Assembly: GCA_001795615.1 (NCBI GenBank)
Contig: MGKI01000002.1
Span: 2,760-66,759 of the forward strand
Source of the DNA: Candidatus Yanofskybacteria bacterium RIFCSPLOWO2_01_FULL_42_49
GTDB lineage: Bacteria; Patescibacteriota; Minisyncoccia; 2-02-FULL-40-12; GWA2-44-9
DNA: 64,000 nt
Direction of reading: 5' to 3'
The notes under the pieces are model-generated. The model ran no database searches and was not told the DNA's origin. It saw only the letters and a list, made by a program, of their open reading frames with translations. The translations under genes and the position numbers were made by a program. Shown in pieces: positions 31,707-39,387 of this stretch (the stretch's first letter is position 1; each line of letters starts with the position of its first letter).

Positions 31707-32414
31707 ACCGGACCAGTCCCACTTATCCTCTAAGAGAGTTTCTTTGTTTTCTCCGTAGTAGAGAAATGTATCATAGACAATTTCTACAGGTGTCCTGCGT
31801 TTAACCAATGCCGGGTCAATGTTATTTTGCTTAGCCCAGTTTTTTAGCACTTCTTCTTGTTGATCCCAATTCTTGCTCAACGAGTCCGGCAAGACGGATT
31901 TCATAACAAGACCCCAGCCAAGCTTGGGAGTTCCTTCAAGAGCAAACTTTTCCTTATCAAACCATCCATCACCCTTACTTCGATAAAACATTTTCTTCTT
32001 CTTTTCCTTGGGATCACCCAAAGTATCTCCACCTGAAAACTTTTCTCGTATTTGATCAATGGTTAGGGGCTTAGCTTCCTTGCCTTCACCGATGCTTGGC
32101 ACTCGAAGTACCAGCATCATTCCCAATTGTTTTGCCTGTTCCAACTCCTCTCTGGTAAATGGTATGTTTTCAATCTCTTGCAATTCATCCGGAGTAAGTT
32201 CGACACCGTAGGTTGTTTTAATTGCCTCTGGGCCAAGAAAGTCCTTACCAAATATCTCTCGAGCCTCATCAAATTCAATGTTTACTTCTTTAGCCTCAGG
32301 CACCAGACCTTCTTTCTTGGCAGTATCTAAAGCCTGCTCAACCTTTTTCTGAGTAGAGTTTTTGAACTTATCTGGCTCGTATTCTTCGTAGATTTTGTAG
32401 GCTTCAAATGGCAT
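31587..32414 (-). CDS. DGR target protein 1 (C-terminal variable region)
   Basis: Last 120 nt match TR except at adenines; paralog of 34491-35318. Confidence 0.92.
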   Translation of the reverse strand: MPFEAYKIYEEYEPDKFKNSTQKKVEQALDTAKKEGLVPEAKEVNIEFDEAREIFGKDFLGPEAIKTTYGVELTPDELQEIENIPFTREELEQAKQLGMMLVLRVPSIGEGKEAKPLTIDQIREKFSGGDTLGDPKEKKKKMFYRSKGDGWFDKEKFALEGTPKLGWGLVMKSVLPDSLSKNWDQQEEVLKNWAKQNNIDPALVKRRTPVEIVYDTFLYYGENKETLLEDKWDWSGVRSSGGYFVNVGRFDSDGLRVGHASRDDATSHLGVCPSR

Positions 32415-32415
32415 A

Positions 32416-34404
32416 TTATAGGTCTTGGGTATATTTTAGAATAACTTTTTGAACTGCATGAGGCAACGCTTTAATATCTGTTATTACTTCGGCATCCGGC
32501 TTGTAGGTTTCTCTAACGGCTTGACCTGATTCAGTCATGCCCAATCCTAAACAAATAACCCCCTTATTCCTTAACTGAAGTAAAACAGTTTGGACTTTTC
32601 CTGAATCTTGGCTTTCGCCATCAGAAAGTACAACAATAACTTTTCTTCTTAATTTTTCTCTTAACTCTTTTTCTTGTTCCGGAGTTATTGAATCAAGAAC
32701 TTCTTCAAGAGAAAGGTAATCTGGCGTACCGCCACCAGCTTTGTGCATTTTTTTCCAAATACCAATTCTATCTTTTTCTGACAAGTCAGGTGATAACGAT
32801 TTTAGTTCTACATCGCCAAAGTCACCAAAAGCTCTAGTTTCAGTTCTGACTTGAAGTCCCAACGAAACACCACTCTCAAATTCGGCTTCTTCTATTTCTT
32901 TTTGAAAATCAGCTAGAGATTCCAGGAATAGGAGTTTGCTCTTGCGGTCCATCTCAAGCTTACCGCCTTCATTCATAGAACCAGATAAATCATTAACTAA
33001 AGACATATCAAGCATGCCATAGCCCTCCTGCTCTCGTTTATGCCTCTCAATCTCTCTAAATGCCCTTGGTTGGCCTCCGGCTCGCGATTCAATAGAAGAA
33101 TCAACCAATGTGTCCTCGGCTAGTTCTTCGCCTTCTGTTTTGAGCTGAGGCGAAAATTGCCATCGTTCTTTTAATCGCCTGGCAATGATCTTCTTAAAAA
33201 CTTCCCTTAGCTCGGCTACCAGGGGAGCGATCTCTTCATACTCCTTGCGATAACCAAGAACATCCTCGGCACTGACTCCATGCTCACGAGCCCATTCCTC
33301 AAGAATATTTTGTTCAAGAGTTGGTTGTCCGCCTTTTTTAGCAACTATTTCTTCCATCAACTTCTTGATTTCCTTTTCTTCGGCATGCGTTATGGGTTCT
33401 GGATGACCGTCATGGTAGGTCTTATACTCTTTCTTAAATTTCTTTTCAGCCGCTTCTCTGGCGGCACGGTCACTGGATTTCTTATCTCCACCTTTACTAG
33501 GTTGTTCTTCTTTGCCTTTTCCTTCTTGGGGTGTTTCCTTTTTTCTTTGCCACCATTTTTTCTTATCCTGGCCTGAACCTTGGCCTTGTTGAGGTTTATC
33601 AGAAACTTGAGTGTCCGTGGGTGACCCTTCACCCTGATCCTTGCTTTTACCGCTTTTCTTTTCTTCTTCTAAATCTTTTTCATAGAGTTCTCGATAGATA
33701 GGTTCGACAATTGTTCGCATTATTTGAAAACGATCTTTGGGGTCAATGGTTGGTGTAGTAACCAGATCAAGAATATCTATTTTATCTGAACCAAAGCTTC
33801 TCAATTTATCCAAAGCGGCCTGGGCTTCTGATCCAAGCTGTACCGCTTCTTCTGGCACCATCATCTGGCGAATAAAACCGTAAGTAAACTGAACATGAGA
33901 GGATTTATCGGTATAGTCAGTCGGTGGGAACATCTTTTCTCGGTAGAGTTGTTCTCGAGTTTCTTCTAGGAAAGGAAGTTCAGCAACAATACGTCTGTTA
34001 CCCAAAACATCTTCAAAGATATTGTATAAAAGATGGAGATGACCTTTTGCGCTGTATCGTTTGGCTTCTTTTAAGACAAGTTCCGGATTACGCATAAGCT
34101 CGCCATAGTGAGCCATAAGTTCGTGGGTGGTGGCAAAGAGAGTTTCCTGGAGGCTATAGCCACGTTCTATGAAGAATTTTGGATCGTAAATTAACTTTCG
34201 ATTTTGAAAATCAAATGCCCAACCGCCGTTACCTCGTTCAAGGGTAATATCACCCCTCAACCCGTAAGCTCCTAGTATTTCAGTTTCCTTATTTAAAAAT
34301 TCCTCGACGGCTTGAGCATCAATTTCGCTTTCCTGTTTTGGAACCTCTGGTTTTGGTTCGTCTTGAGGAGTTTCTATTCGATTTATGGGAAATGATTCTG
34401 GCAT
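32416..34404 (-). CDS. vWA-domain protein with N-terminal putative metal-binding domain (CobT/VWA-like)
   Basis: HELMAH and NIFED, low-complexity linker, MIDAS DLSGS, GGTPD, LSDGE. Confidence 0.75.
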   Translation of the reverse strand: MPESFPINRIETPQDEPKPEVPKQESEIDAQAVEEFLNKETEILGAYGLRGDITLERGNGGWAFDFQNRKLIYDPKFFIERGYSLQETLFATTHELMAHYGELMRNPELVLKEAKRYSAKGHLHLLYNIFEDVLGNRRIVAELPFLEETREQLYREKMFPPTDYTDKSSHVQFTYGFIRQMMVPEEAVQLGSEAQAALDKLRSFGSDKIDILDLVTTPTIDPKDRFQIMRTIVEPIYRELYEKDLEEEKKSGKSKDQGEGSPTDTQVSDKPQQGQGSGQDKKKWWQRKKETPQEGKGKEEQPSKGGDKKSSDRAAREAAEKKFKKEYKTYHDGHPEPITHAEEKEIKKLMEEIVAKKGGQPTLEQNILEEWAREHGVSAEDVLGYRKEYEEIAPLVAELREVFKKIIARRLKERWQFSPQLKTEGEELAEDTLVDSSIESRAGGQPRAFREIERHKREQEGYGMLDMSLVNDLSGSMNEGGKLEMDRKSKLLFLESLADFQKEIEEAEFESGVSLGLQVRTETRAFGDFGDVELKSLSPDLSEKDRIGIWKKMHKAGGGTPDYLSLEEVLDSITPEQEKELREKLRRKVIVVLSDGESQDSGKVQTVLLQLRNKGVICLGLGMTESGQAVRETYKPDAEVITDIKALPHAVQKVILKYTQDL

Positions 34405-34490
34405 TTAGATGTGTTTATATAAAATTTTTTCGAAAGCCCAAGGAGACCAATAAGAATCAAGGGGTCCGAGCGCCCAAGCACCCTACGAAA

Positions 34491-34610
34491 CTACCGGGAG
34501 GGGCAGACACCGAGACCCGAACTCGCATGGCCGCGGGAAGCGCCGTCGACGCCGAGACCGCCCGAGCCGAAGCGGCCAACGCGGACGAAGTTGCCGTCGG
34601 AAGACTGCAC
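34491..34610 (-). repeat. DGR variable repeat VR2
   Basis: 17 mismatches to TR at TR adenines, same single non-A mismatch as VR1. Confidence 0.95.
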
Positions 34611-35318
34611 CTCGGTCCAATCATATTTATCCTCCAGTAGTGATTCTTTGTTTGCTCCATAGTATATCAGGGTATCATATGCAATTTCCACGGGTGTTCT
34701 TCTCTTAACTAGGGTAGGGTCTATATTATTGTCCTTTGCCCATTTCTTTAGAACTTCTTCTTGTTGATCCCAGTTTTTGCTTAATGAATCCGGTAATACG
34801 GATTTCATGACTAGACCCCAGCCGAGCTTAGGAGTGTCCTGGGTCACAAATTTTTCATTGTCATACCAACTTTCGCCTTTTTTACCATAAAAGACTTTTT
34901 GTTTCTTTTTCTTGGGATCACCCAAGGAATCGCCCTTGGTAAATAGTTCTCTGGCAGAATCAATGGTTAGAGGCCGTTCTGTTTTGCCTTCGCCGAGTCT
35001 GGGTACTCTTAGAACCAACATCATACCAAGTTGTTTGGCTTGTTCAAGCTCCTCTCTGGTGAAAGGGATGTCTTCTACCTCCTTGAGTTCATCTGGCGTC
35101 AACTCTACACCGAAAGTAGTTTGAATTGTTTCTGGTCCTAAGAAATCTTTGCCGAATATTTCTCGAGCTTCTTCAAATTCAACATGGACCTCCTTTGCCT
35201 CAGGTACTAGCCCTTCTTTTTTAGCGGTATCTAAAGCTTGCTCAACTTTCTTTTGAGTAGTGGTTTTAAACTTATCCGGTTCGTATTCCTCGTAGATTTT
35301 GTAGGCTTCAAATGGCAT
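34491..35318 (-). CDS. DGR target protein 2 (C-terminal variable region)
   Basis: Last 120 nt match TR except at adenines; same length (275 aa) and N-terminus as target 1. Confidence 0.92.
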   Translation of the reverse strand: MPFEAYKIYEEYEPDKFKTTTQKKVEQALDTAKKEGLVPEAKEVHVEFEEAREIFGKDFLGPETIQTTFGVELTPDELKEVEDIPFTREELEQAKQLGMMLVLRVPRLGEGKTERPLTIDSARELFTKGDSLGDPKKKKQKVFYGKKGESWYDNEKFVTQDTPKLGWGLVMKSVLPDSLSKNWDQQEEVLKKWAKDNNIDPTLVKRRTPVEIAYDTLIYYGANKESLLEDKYDWTEVQSSDGNFVRVGRFGSGGLGVDGASRGHASSGLGVCPSR

Positions 35319-35700
35319 GGTTCGATCAACTCACCACAAGTGGTGTAGTCGGAACTTTATTACATAAATATACAGTCAAAAATAGAATTTTACCAGCCCT
35401 TTTATAGTTGGGTATTTTATGTAATAATATTATTGAGTTTTGTTAATAGAGATTAAGCTCGGCTCAGGCTAGTTTAATCTTACGAACCTCCTCTTTTTGA
35501 TATCCACCGGAGTTCTTGTGGCCTATGGCTATAAGGAGTGGCGTGGCCGGAAAGTAGTAAAAACTACGAAACTACGTGTTTTATTTCAGCGTAGATGTCC
35601 TGCGAAAATCGAAGGACTGCTACCAGGTAAAATTCAGGGGAGAATCTTTTGATAATCCCCGGTGGCTATGGAGCGCTCATGGAGGGAATAAAACATATCG

Positions 35701-35823
35701 GTGCAGTCTTCCGACGGCAACTTCGTCAACGTTGGCAACTTCGACTCGGACGGTCTCAACGTCAACAACGATTCCCGCGACAATGCGAATTCGAATCTCG
35801 GTGTCTGCCCCTCTCGGTAGTTT
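35701..35823 (+). ncRNA. DGR template repeat (TR)
   Basis: AAC/AAT-rich non-coding copy of both VRs (reads VQSSDGNFVNVGNFDSDGLNVNNDSRDNANSNLGVCPSR*). Confidence 0.95.
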
Positions 35824-35827
35824 TGTC

Positions 35828-35871
35828 TAAGTAAGTAATAGGCCTTCTTTCGAAGGCCTATTACTTACTTA
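35828..35871. terminator. Perfect 20-bp hairpin between TR 3' end and avd stop
   Basis: TAAGTAAGTAATAGGCCTTC-TTTC-GAAGGCCTATTACTTACTTA. Confidence 0.6.
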
Positions 35872-36243
35872 CTCGCGAGTGGATCGAATCCAACCGCCAA
35901 GCATTTTGCCGATTTCTTGAATGTGGTTTTGGCAAACTATATACCTTTTGTCGCTCAATACGCCGAGGTCGCTTGCCATGCGAATAAACACTTTAAGGAT
36001 ATCAAGCTTGTTGCTGACCGATTCTAGAATCGGCAGCTTGTGGCTCTTGCTTGTTTGAGCTGCAAGCATAATGCCCTCAAGAATCTTTAATATGTATTCT
36101 TCGCAACGCTGTCCGAGCGTGTAGCGGTCTTTCTTGGGAAAATCAAGCTCAAAGATATAAAATTCTTTTAGAAAATCATGAGTTTTCTTAAAGATAGGAA
36201 TATCCAGGCTAAATTTCCCGTCATAGTTATGAGAGTTTTCCAT
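35869..36243 (-). CDS. avd: DGR accessory protein Avd (four-helix bundle)
   Basis: FPKKDRYTLGQR and EIGKMLGGW motifs typical of Avd; lies between TR and RT. Confidence 0.85.
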   Translation of the reverse strand: MENSHNYDGKFSLDIPIFKKTHDFLKEFYIFELDFPKKDRYTLGQRCEEYILKILEGIMLAAQTSKSHKLPILESVSNKLDILKVFIRMASDLGVLSDKRYIVCQNHIQEIGKMLGGWIRSTRE

Positions 36244-37281
36244 AATGTTTTTAATAAGATTATTAGTTTAGAGAATTTGGTAATCTCGTGGAGGGAATTT
36301 CGAATTGGCAAAAAGCATCGGAGAGATACGCTGATCTTTGAGCGTGACCTGGAAGATAATCTGTGGGGACTTCACCGAGTTCTTGTGGATAGAACATATA
36401 AGCATTCCGGATATTCCTCATTTTTCGTCCAAGACCCGAAAGTAAGACACATCCACAAAGCATTGGTTCGAGATCGTGTTTTGCATCATGCCATAGTGAA
36501 GCACCTTAATCCAATCTTTGAACCAACTTTTATTTATGACTCCTATTCCTGTCGGATCGACAAAGGAACCCACCGGGGAGTAGAAGCTTTTGCTGAACAT
36601 GCTCGGCAAGTCAGCAAGAATTGGACCATTCCATGCTGGGTGCTCAAATGCGACGTCAGAAAATTCTTTGCCAGCATTGACCACAAAGTTTTGCTAGACA
36701 TCGTATTCAAGCAGGTAACGGATCTGGATGCCCGATGGTTAATAAATGAAGTGATCTCAAGTTTCAAATCAGAATTTACAATTAACCCCGAGAAGCCTAA
36801 GGGATTGCCAATTGGAAATCTGACTTCGCAGCTTTTTGCCAATGTGTATCTCAATGAGCTCGACCAATTCATGAAGCATCAGTTGAAAGAAAAACATTAC
36901 ATTCGTTATGCAGATGATTTTGTGATACTACATCCTCAAAGAGACCATTGTTTAAATATCGTAAAGCCAATAAATGCCCTCCTTAAAGAAACTCTCAAGC
37001 TGGAACTCCATCCAAATAAAATTACGGTCAGAAAATTTAGCCAAGGAGTCGATTTCTTGGGTTATGTTTGTTTTCCACATTTTGTAATACCAAGAGTTAA
37101 AACCGAATGTAGGATTTTTAATAAAATTCATAGAAATATTTTGCTATTTAAGCATAATCAGCTCAGTCTTGAATCGCTAAACCAAAGTATCCATTCATAT
37201 TTCGGTATTCTTTCGCATAGCGATTCTTTCGAACTGCAACAAGGGCTTGAAAATCAAATATTTTTCTGGCTTACACAATAA
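36229..37281 (+). CDS. DGR reverse transcriptase
   Basis: RDRVLHHA, GLPIGNLTSQLFANVYL, RYADDF, GVDFLGY; no maturase/HNH domain; likely start MRVFHN. Confidence 0.95.
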   Translation: MRVFHNVFNKIISLENLVISWREFRIGKKHRRDTLIFERDLEDNLWGLHRVLVDRTYKHSGYSSFFVQDPKVRHIHKALVRDRVLHHAIVKHLNPIFEPTFIYDSYSCRIDKGTHRGVEAFAEHARQVSKNWTIPCWVLKCDVRKFFASIDHKVLLDIVFKQVTDLDARWLINEVISSFKSEFTINPEKPKGLPIGNLTSQLFANVYLNELDQFMKHQLKEKHYIRYADDFVILHPQRDHCLNIVKPINALLKETLKLELHPNKITVRKFSQGVDFLGYVCFPHFVIPRVKTECRIFNKIHRNILLFKHNQLSLESLNQSIHSYFGILSHSDSFELQQGLENQIFFWLTQ

Positions 37282-37451
37282 AAAATCATCAAGCCAAGAA
37301 TAATATTTCTTGCAGAACGTTCTACAACTACAAAACGTGGAGCCAAACGATTGCTTGGTTCCTTAAGTGGTTTTGGTGCCATGCCAGCCATAAATCTGGT
37401 TTAGGCTAAGTTGTTGGGACTATGGTAGTAGAAATTAGTTAGATAATCTAT

Positions 37452-37486
37452 AACTTAAAACCACCTAATTTCGGTGGTTTTAAGTA
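37452..37486. terminator. Hairpin downstream of RT
   Basis: ACTTAAAACCACC-TAATTTC-GGTGGTTTTAAGT. Confidence 0.55.
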
Positions 37487-37709
37487 TTCTTGCTAAAGCT
37501 ACGAGAACAACTTAGTTACTTTAGTTGCAAGCAACCGATCTCGAGCTAGCACAAAGTGTGCACCATTACAACGCTTCTCGTTATAGCTGTAAATGGCCAG
37601 CAGGGAGTCGAACTCCGAAGACCCACTTGAGACCAGGAGGGTCTTGTCGCCAGAGCCAGAGCCAGTCCCAGGTGCCACAAGAATAGCAAAACAAAGTTTA
37701 ATTTCAAAA

Positions 37710-38171
37710 CTATTTTTCCAACTCTTCTTTCACTATCCTGCTTACCGTTTGCCCGTCGGCTTTTCCTTTTAGTTTGAGCATCAGCACACCTAATACTTTT
37801 CCCATTTCCTTTATCTCCTTAGCGCCGGTTTCCGCTATCGCCTTTTTTACTTCGGCTCTTATCTCATCCTCCGACATTTGTTCCGGCATATATTCCATCA
37901 ACACAGTGAGCTCGTCTCTTTCTTTCTGGGCAAGCTCTCCCCTCCCTGCTTTTTCGTAAACTTCTATTGACTCTTTTCTTTTCTTAACTTCCGAAGTAAT
38001 CACTTCCAGGACTTCTTCGTCTGAAAGTTCTTCGGCTTTGCCGGACTTTGCCCTTTTTTGCAATTCTTTATTTTTTATCGCGCTTTGAAGCAAACTTAAA
38101 ACCAACCGCTTTAGAGTGTTGCCTGACTTCATCGCTTCTTTCATGTCGTTTTTAAGTTTTTCTTTTAACAT
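37710..38171 (-). CDS. GatB/YqeY domain protein
   Basis: DMKEAMKS, KKRKESI, MGKVLG, GKADG. Confidence 0.92.
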   Translation of the reverse strand: MLKEKLKNDMKEAMKSGNTLKRLVLSLLQSAIKNKELQKRAKSGKAEELSDEEVLEVITSEVKKRKESIEVYEKAGRGELAQKERDELTVLMEYMPEQMSEDEIRAEVKKAIAETGAKEIKEMGKVLGVLMLKLKGKADGQTVSRIVKEELEK

Positions 38172-38189
38172 AGGCTAGGTTTTAGGTTA

Positions 38190-38555
38190 TTAGCTTCTAG
38201 GTTTTAGGTTGTCAATCAAAGAATTCAACATTTTCATAACTTCCATTAGCAGTTGATCTGCCTTATTATAGTTTAGACTTTTTGTTTTAGCCAACCTTTT
38301 AGCTATTTCTATCTGTGTTTCTAATTCTGCACCCGAACCATATGCATTTAGTAAAAAATGCCTATAGTCTTTTCTCGTGCCACGCAATCGTCCTTCTGCG
38401 ATATTAGACGGTATTGAGATGGATGCTCTTCTCATCTGAGAAGTTAACCCATAATTTTCTTCTTTGGGAAAATCTTCAGTTAGAAGATAAACCTCCGTTA
38501 CAAGATTCATGGCTTTTTGCCAAACTATTAAATCCTTATATCCATTTAGAACCAT
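38190..38555 (-). CDS. Four-helix-bundle protein (23S rRNA IVP-like family)
   Basis: YKDLIVWQKA, FPKEENYGLTSQMRRASISIPSNIAEG, GSGAELETQ. Confidence 0.92.
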   Translation of the reverse strand: MVLNGYKDLIVWQKAMNLVTEVYLLTEDFPKEENYGLTSQMRRASISIPSNIAEGRLRGTRKDYRHFLLNAYGSGAELETQIEIAKRLAKTKSLNYNKADQLLMEVMKMLNSLIDNLKPRS

Positions 38556-38606
38556 AATCTTTCTCTCCTAGTCCCCTCCTAAAACCTAACACCTAAAATC
38601 TAAAAC

Positions 38607-38873
38607 CTATAACCCTAATTTTTGTTTCATTTTGCGCTTTTCCTCTTCAAATGTCTCATCGTCATACTTGCCAAGCTTGGTCAGTCGTTTCCTTAATTCG
38701 CCAAGGTGCATACCCATAATAGCGGCATTTTTTTCTTTTCTTTCGTTCATTTTTTTCTGACGATGTTGATCCTTCTTTGCTTTAAGCAAAACTCCGCTTT
38801 GCTGAACAAAACGGTTAAATCGTCTCATTAAACTCCCCACTGACTCGTTCGGTTTTCGTTTTACTTCAACCAT
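38607..38873 (-). CDS. rpsU: 30S ribosomal protein S21
   Basis: VEVKRKPNESVGSLMRRF..VQQSG; upstream of yqeY. Confidence 0.8.
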   Translation of the reverse strand: MVEVKRKPNESVGSLMRRFNRFVQQSGVLLKAKKDQHRQKKMNERKEKNAAIMGMHLGELRKRLTKLGKYDDETFEEEKRKMKQKLGL

Positions 38874-38977
38874 ATTTGACCTCCTTTCGCGATGATTGTC
38901 TGCAAGCGTAAGCGAGCAGATACAATCATCAGCGTCCGCCGAAGCTTTATGCGAAGGCGGACTGCTACATTATTATT

Positions 38978-39322
38978 TTACTCTTTAACTAATTTTGGTC
39001 CCAGTCTTTTCCCCCCTAACAAATGTATGTGAAAGTGGGGAACAAGTTTGCCTCCATGATCGCCTTCATTAATTATTAGCCTATAACCATTTTTTAAGCC
39101 CTGTTTGTGAGCAACCTTGTCAGCAACAATCAACGCTTTACCAAGCAGTTCTTCGTCTTTATGAAAATCTTCAATGTTTAAAAAGTGCCTTATGGGAACA
39201 ATCAGCAAATGAACGGGCGCTTGCGGGTTAATGTCTTTGATCACCCAAAAATCATCGTCCTTATAAACAACATCGGCCTTCAGTTCGCCATTCAATATTT
39301 TACAGAAAACATCGGTAATCAA
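38978..39322 (-). CDS. HIT family nucleotide hydrolase
   Basis: DINPQAPVHLL, HFHIHLLGG. Confidence 0.93.
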   Translation of the reverse strand: MITDVFCKILNGELKADVVYKDDDFWVIKDINPQAPVHLLIVPIRHFLNIEDFHKDEELLGKALIVADKVAHKQGLKNGYRLIINEGDHGGKLVPHFHIHLLGGKRLGPKLVKE

Positions 39323-39387
39323 AACAGGTTTTAGGAATTAGGTTTTAAGTTTTAGGTTGAGAATTATTAGAACCTAGAACCTAAAAG

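Noticed and set aside
35576-35834. ORFs 35576-35830 and 35649-35834 over the TR
   Set aside because: Off-frame readings of the non-coding template repeat; the same applies to 31514-31708 and 34457-34660 over the VRs.
36229-37281. RT as group II intron, retron or defence-associated RT
   Set aside because: No maturase/endonuclease extension or retron VTG motif; GNLTSQ signature plus TR/VR and Avd identify a DGR.
31500-37700. DGR carried by a prophage
   Set aside because: No integrase, structural or replication phage genes; flanks are housekeeping genes ybeY and yqeY.
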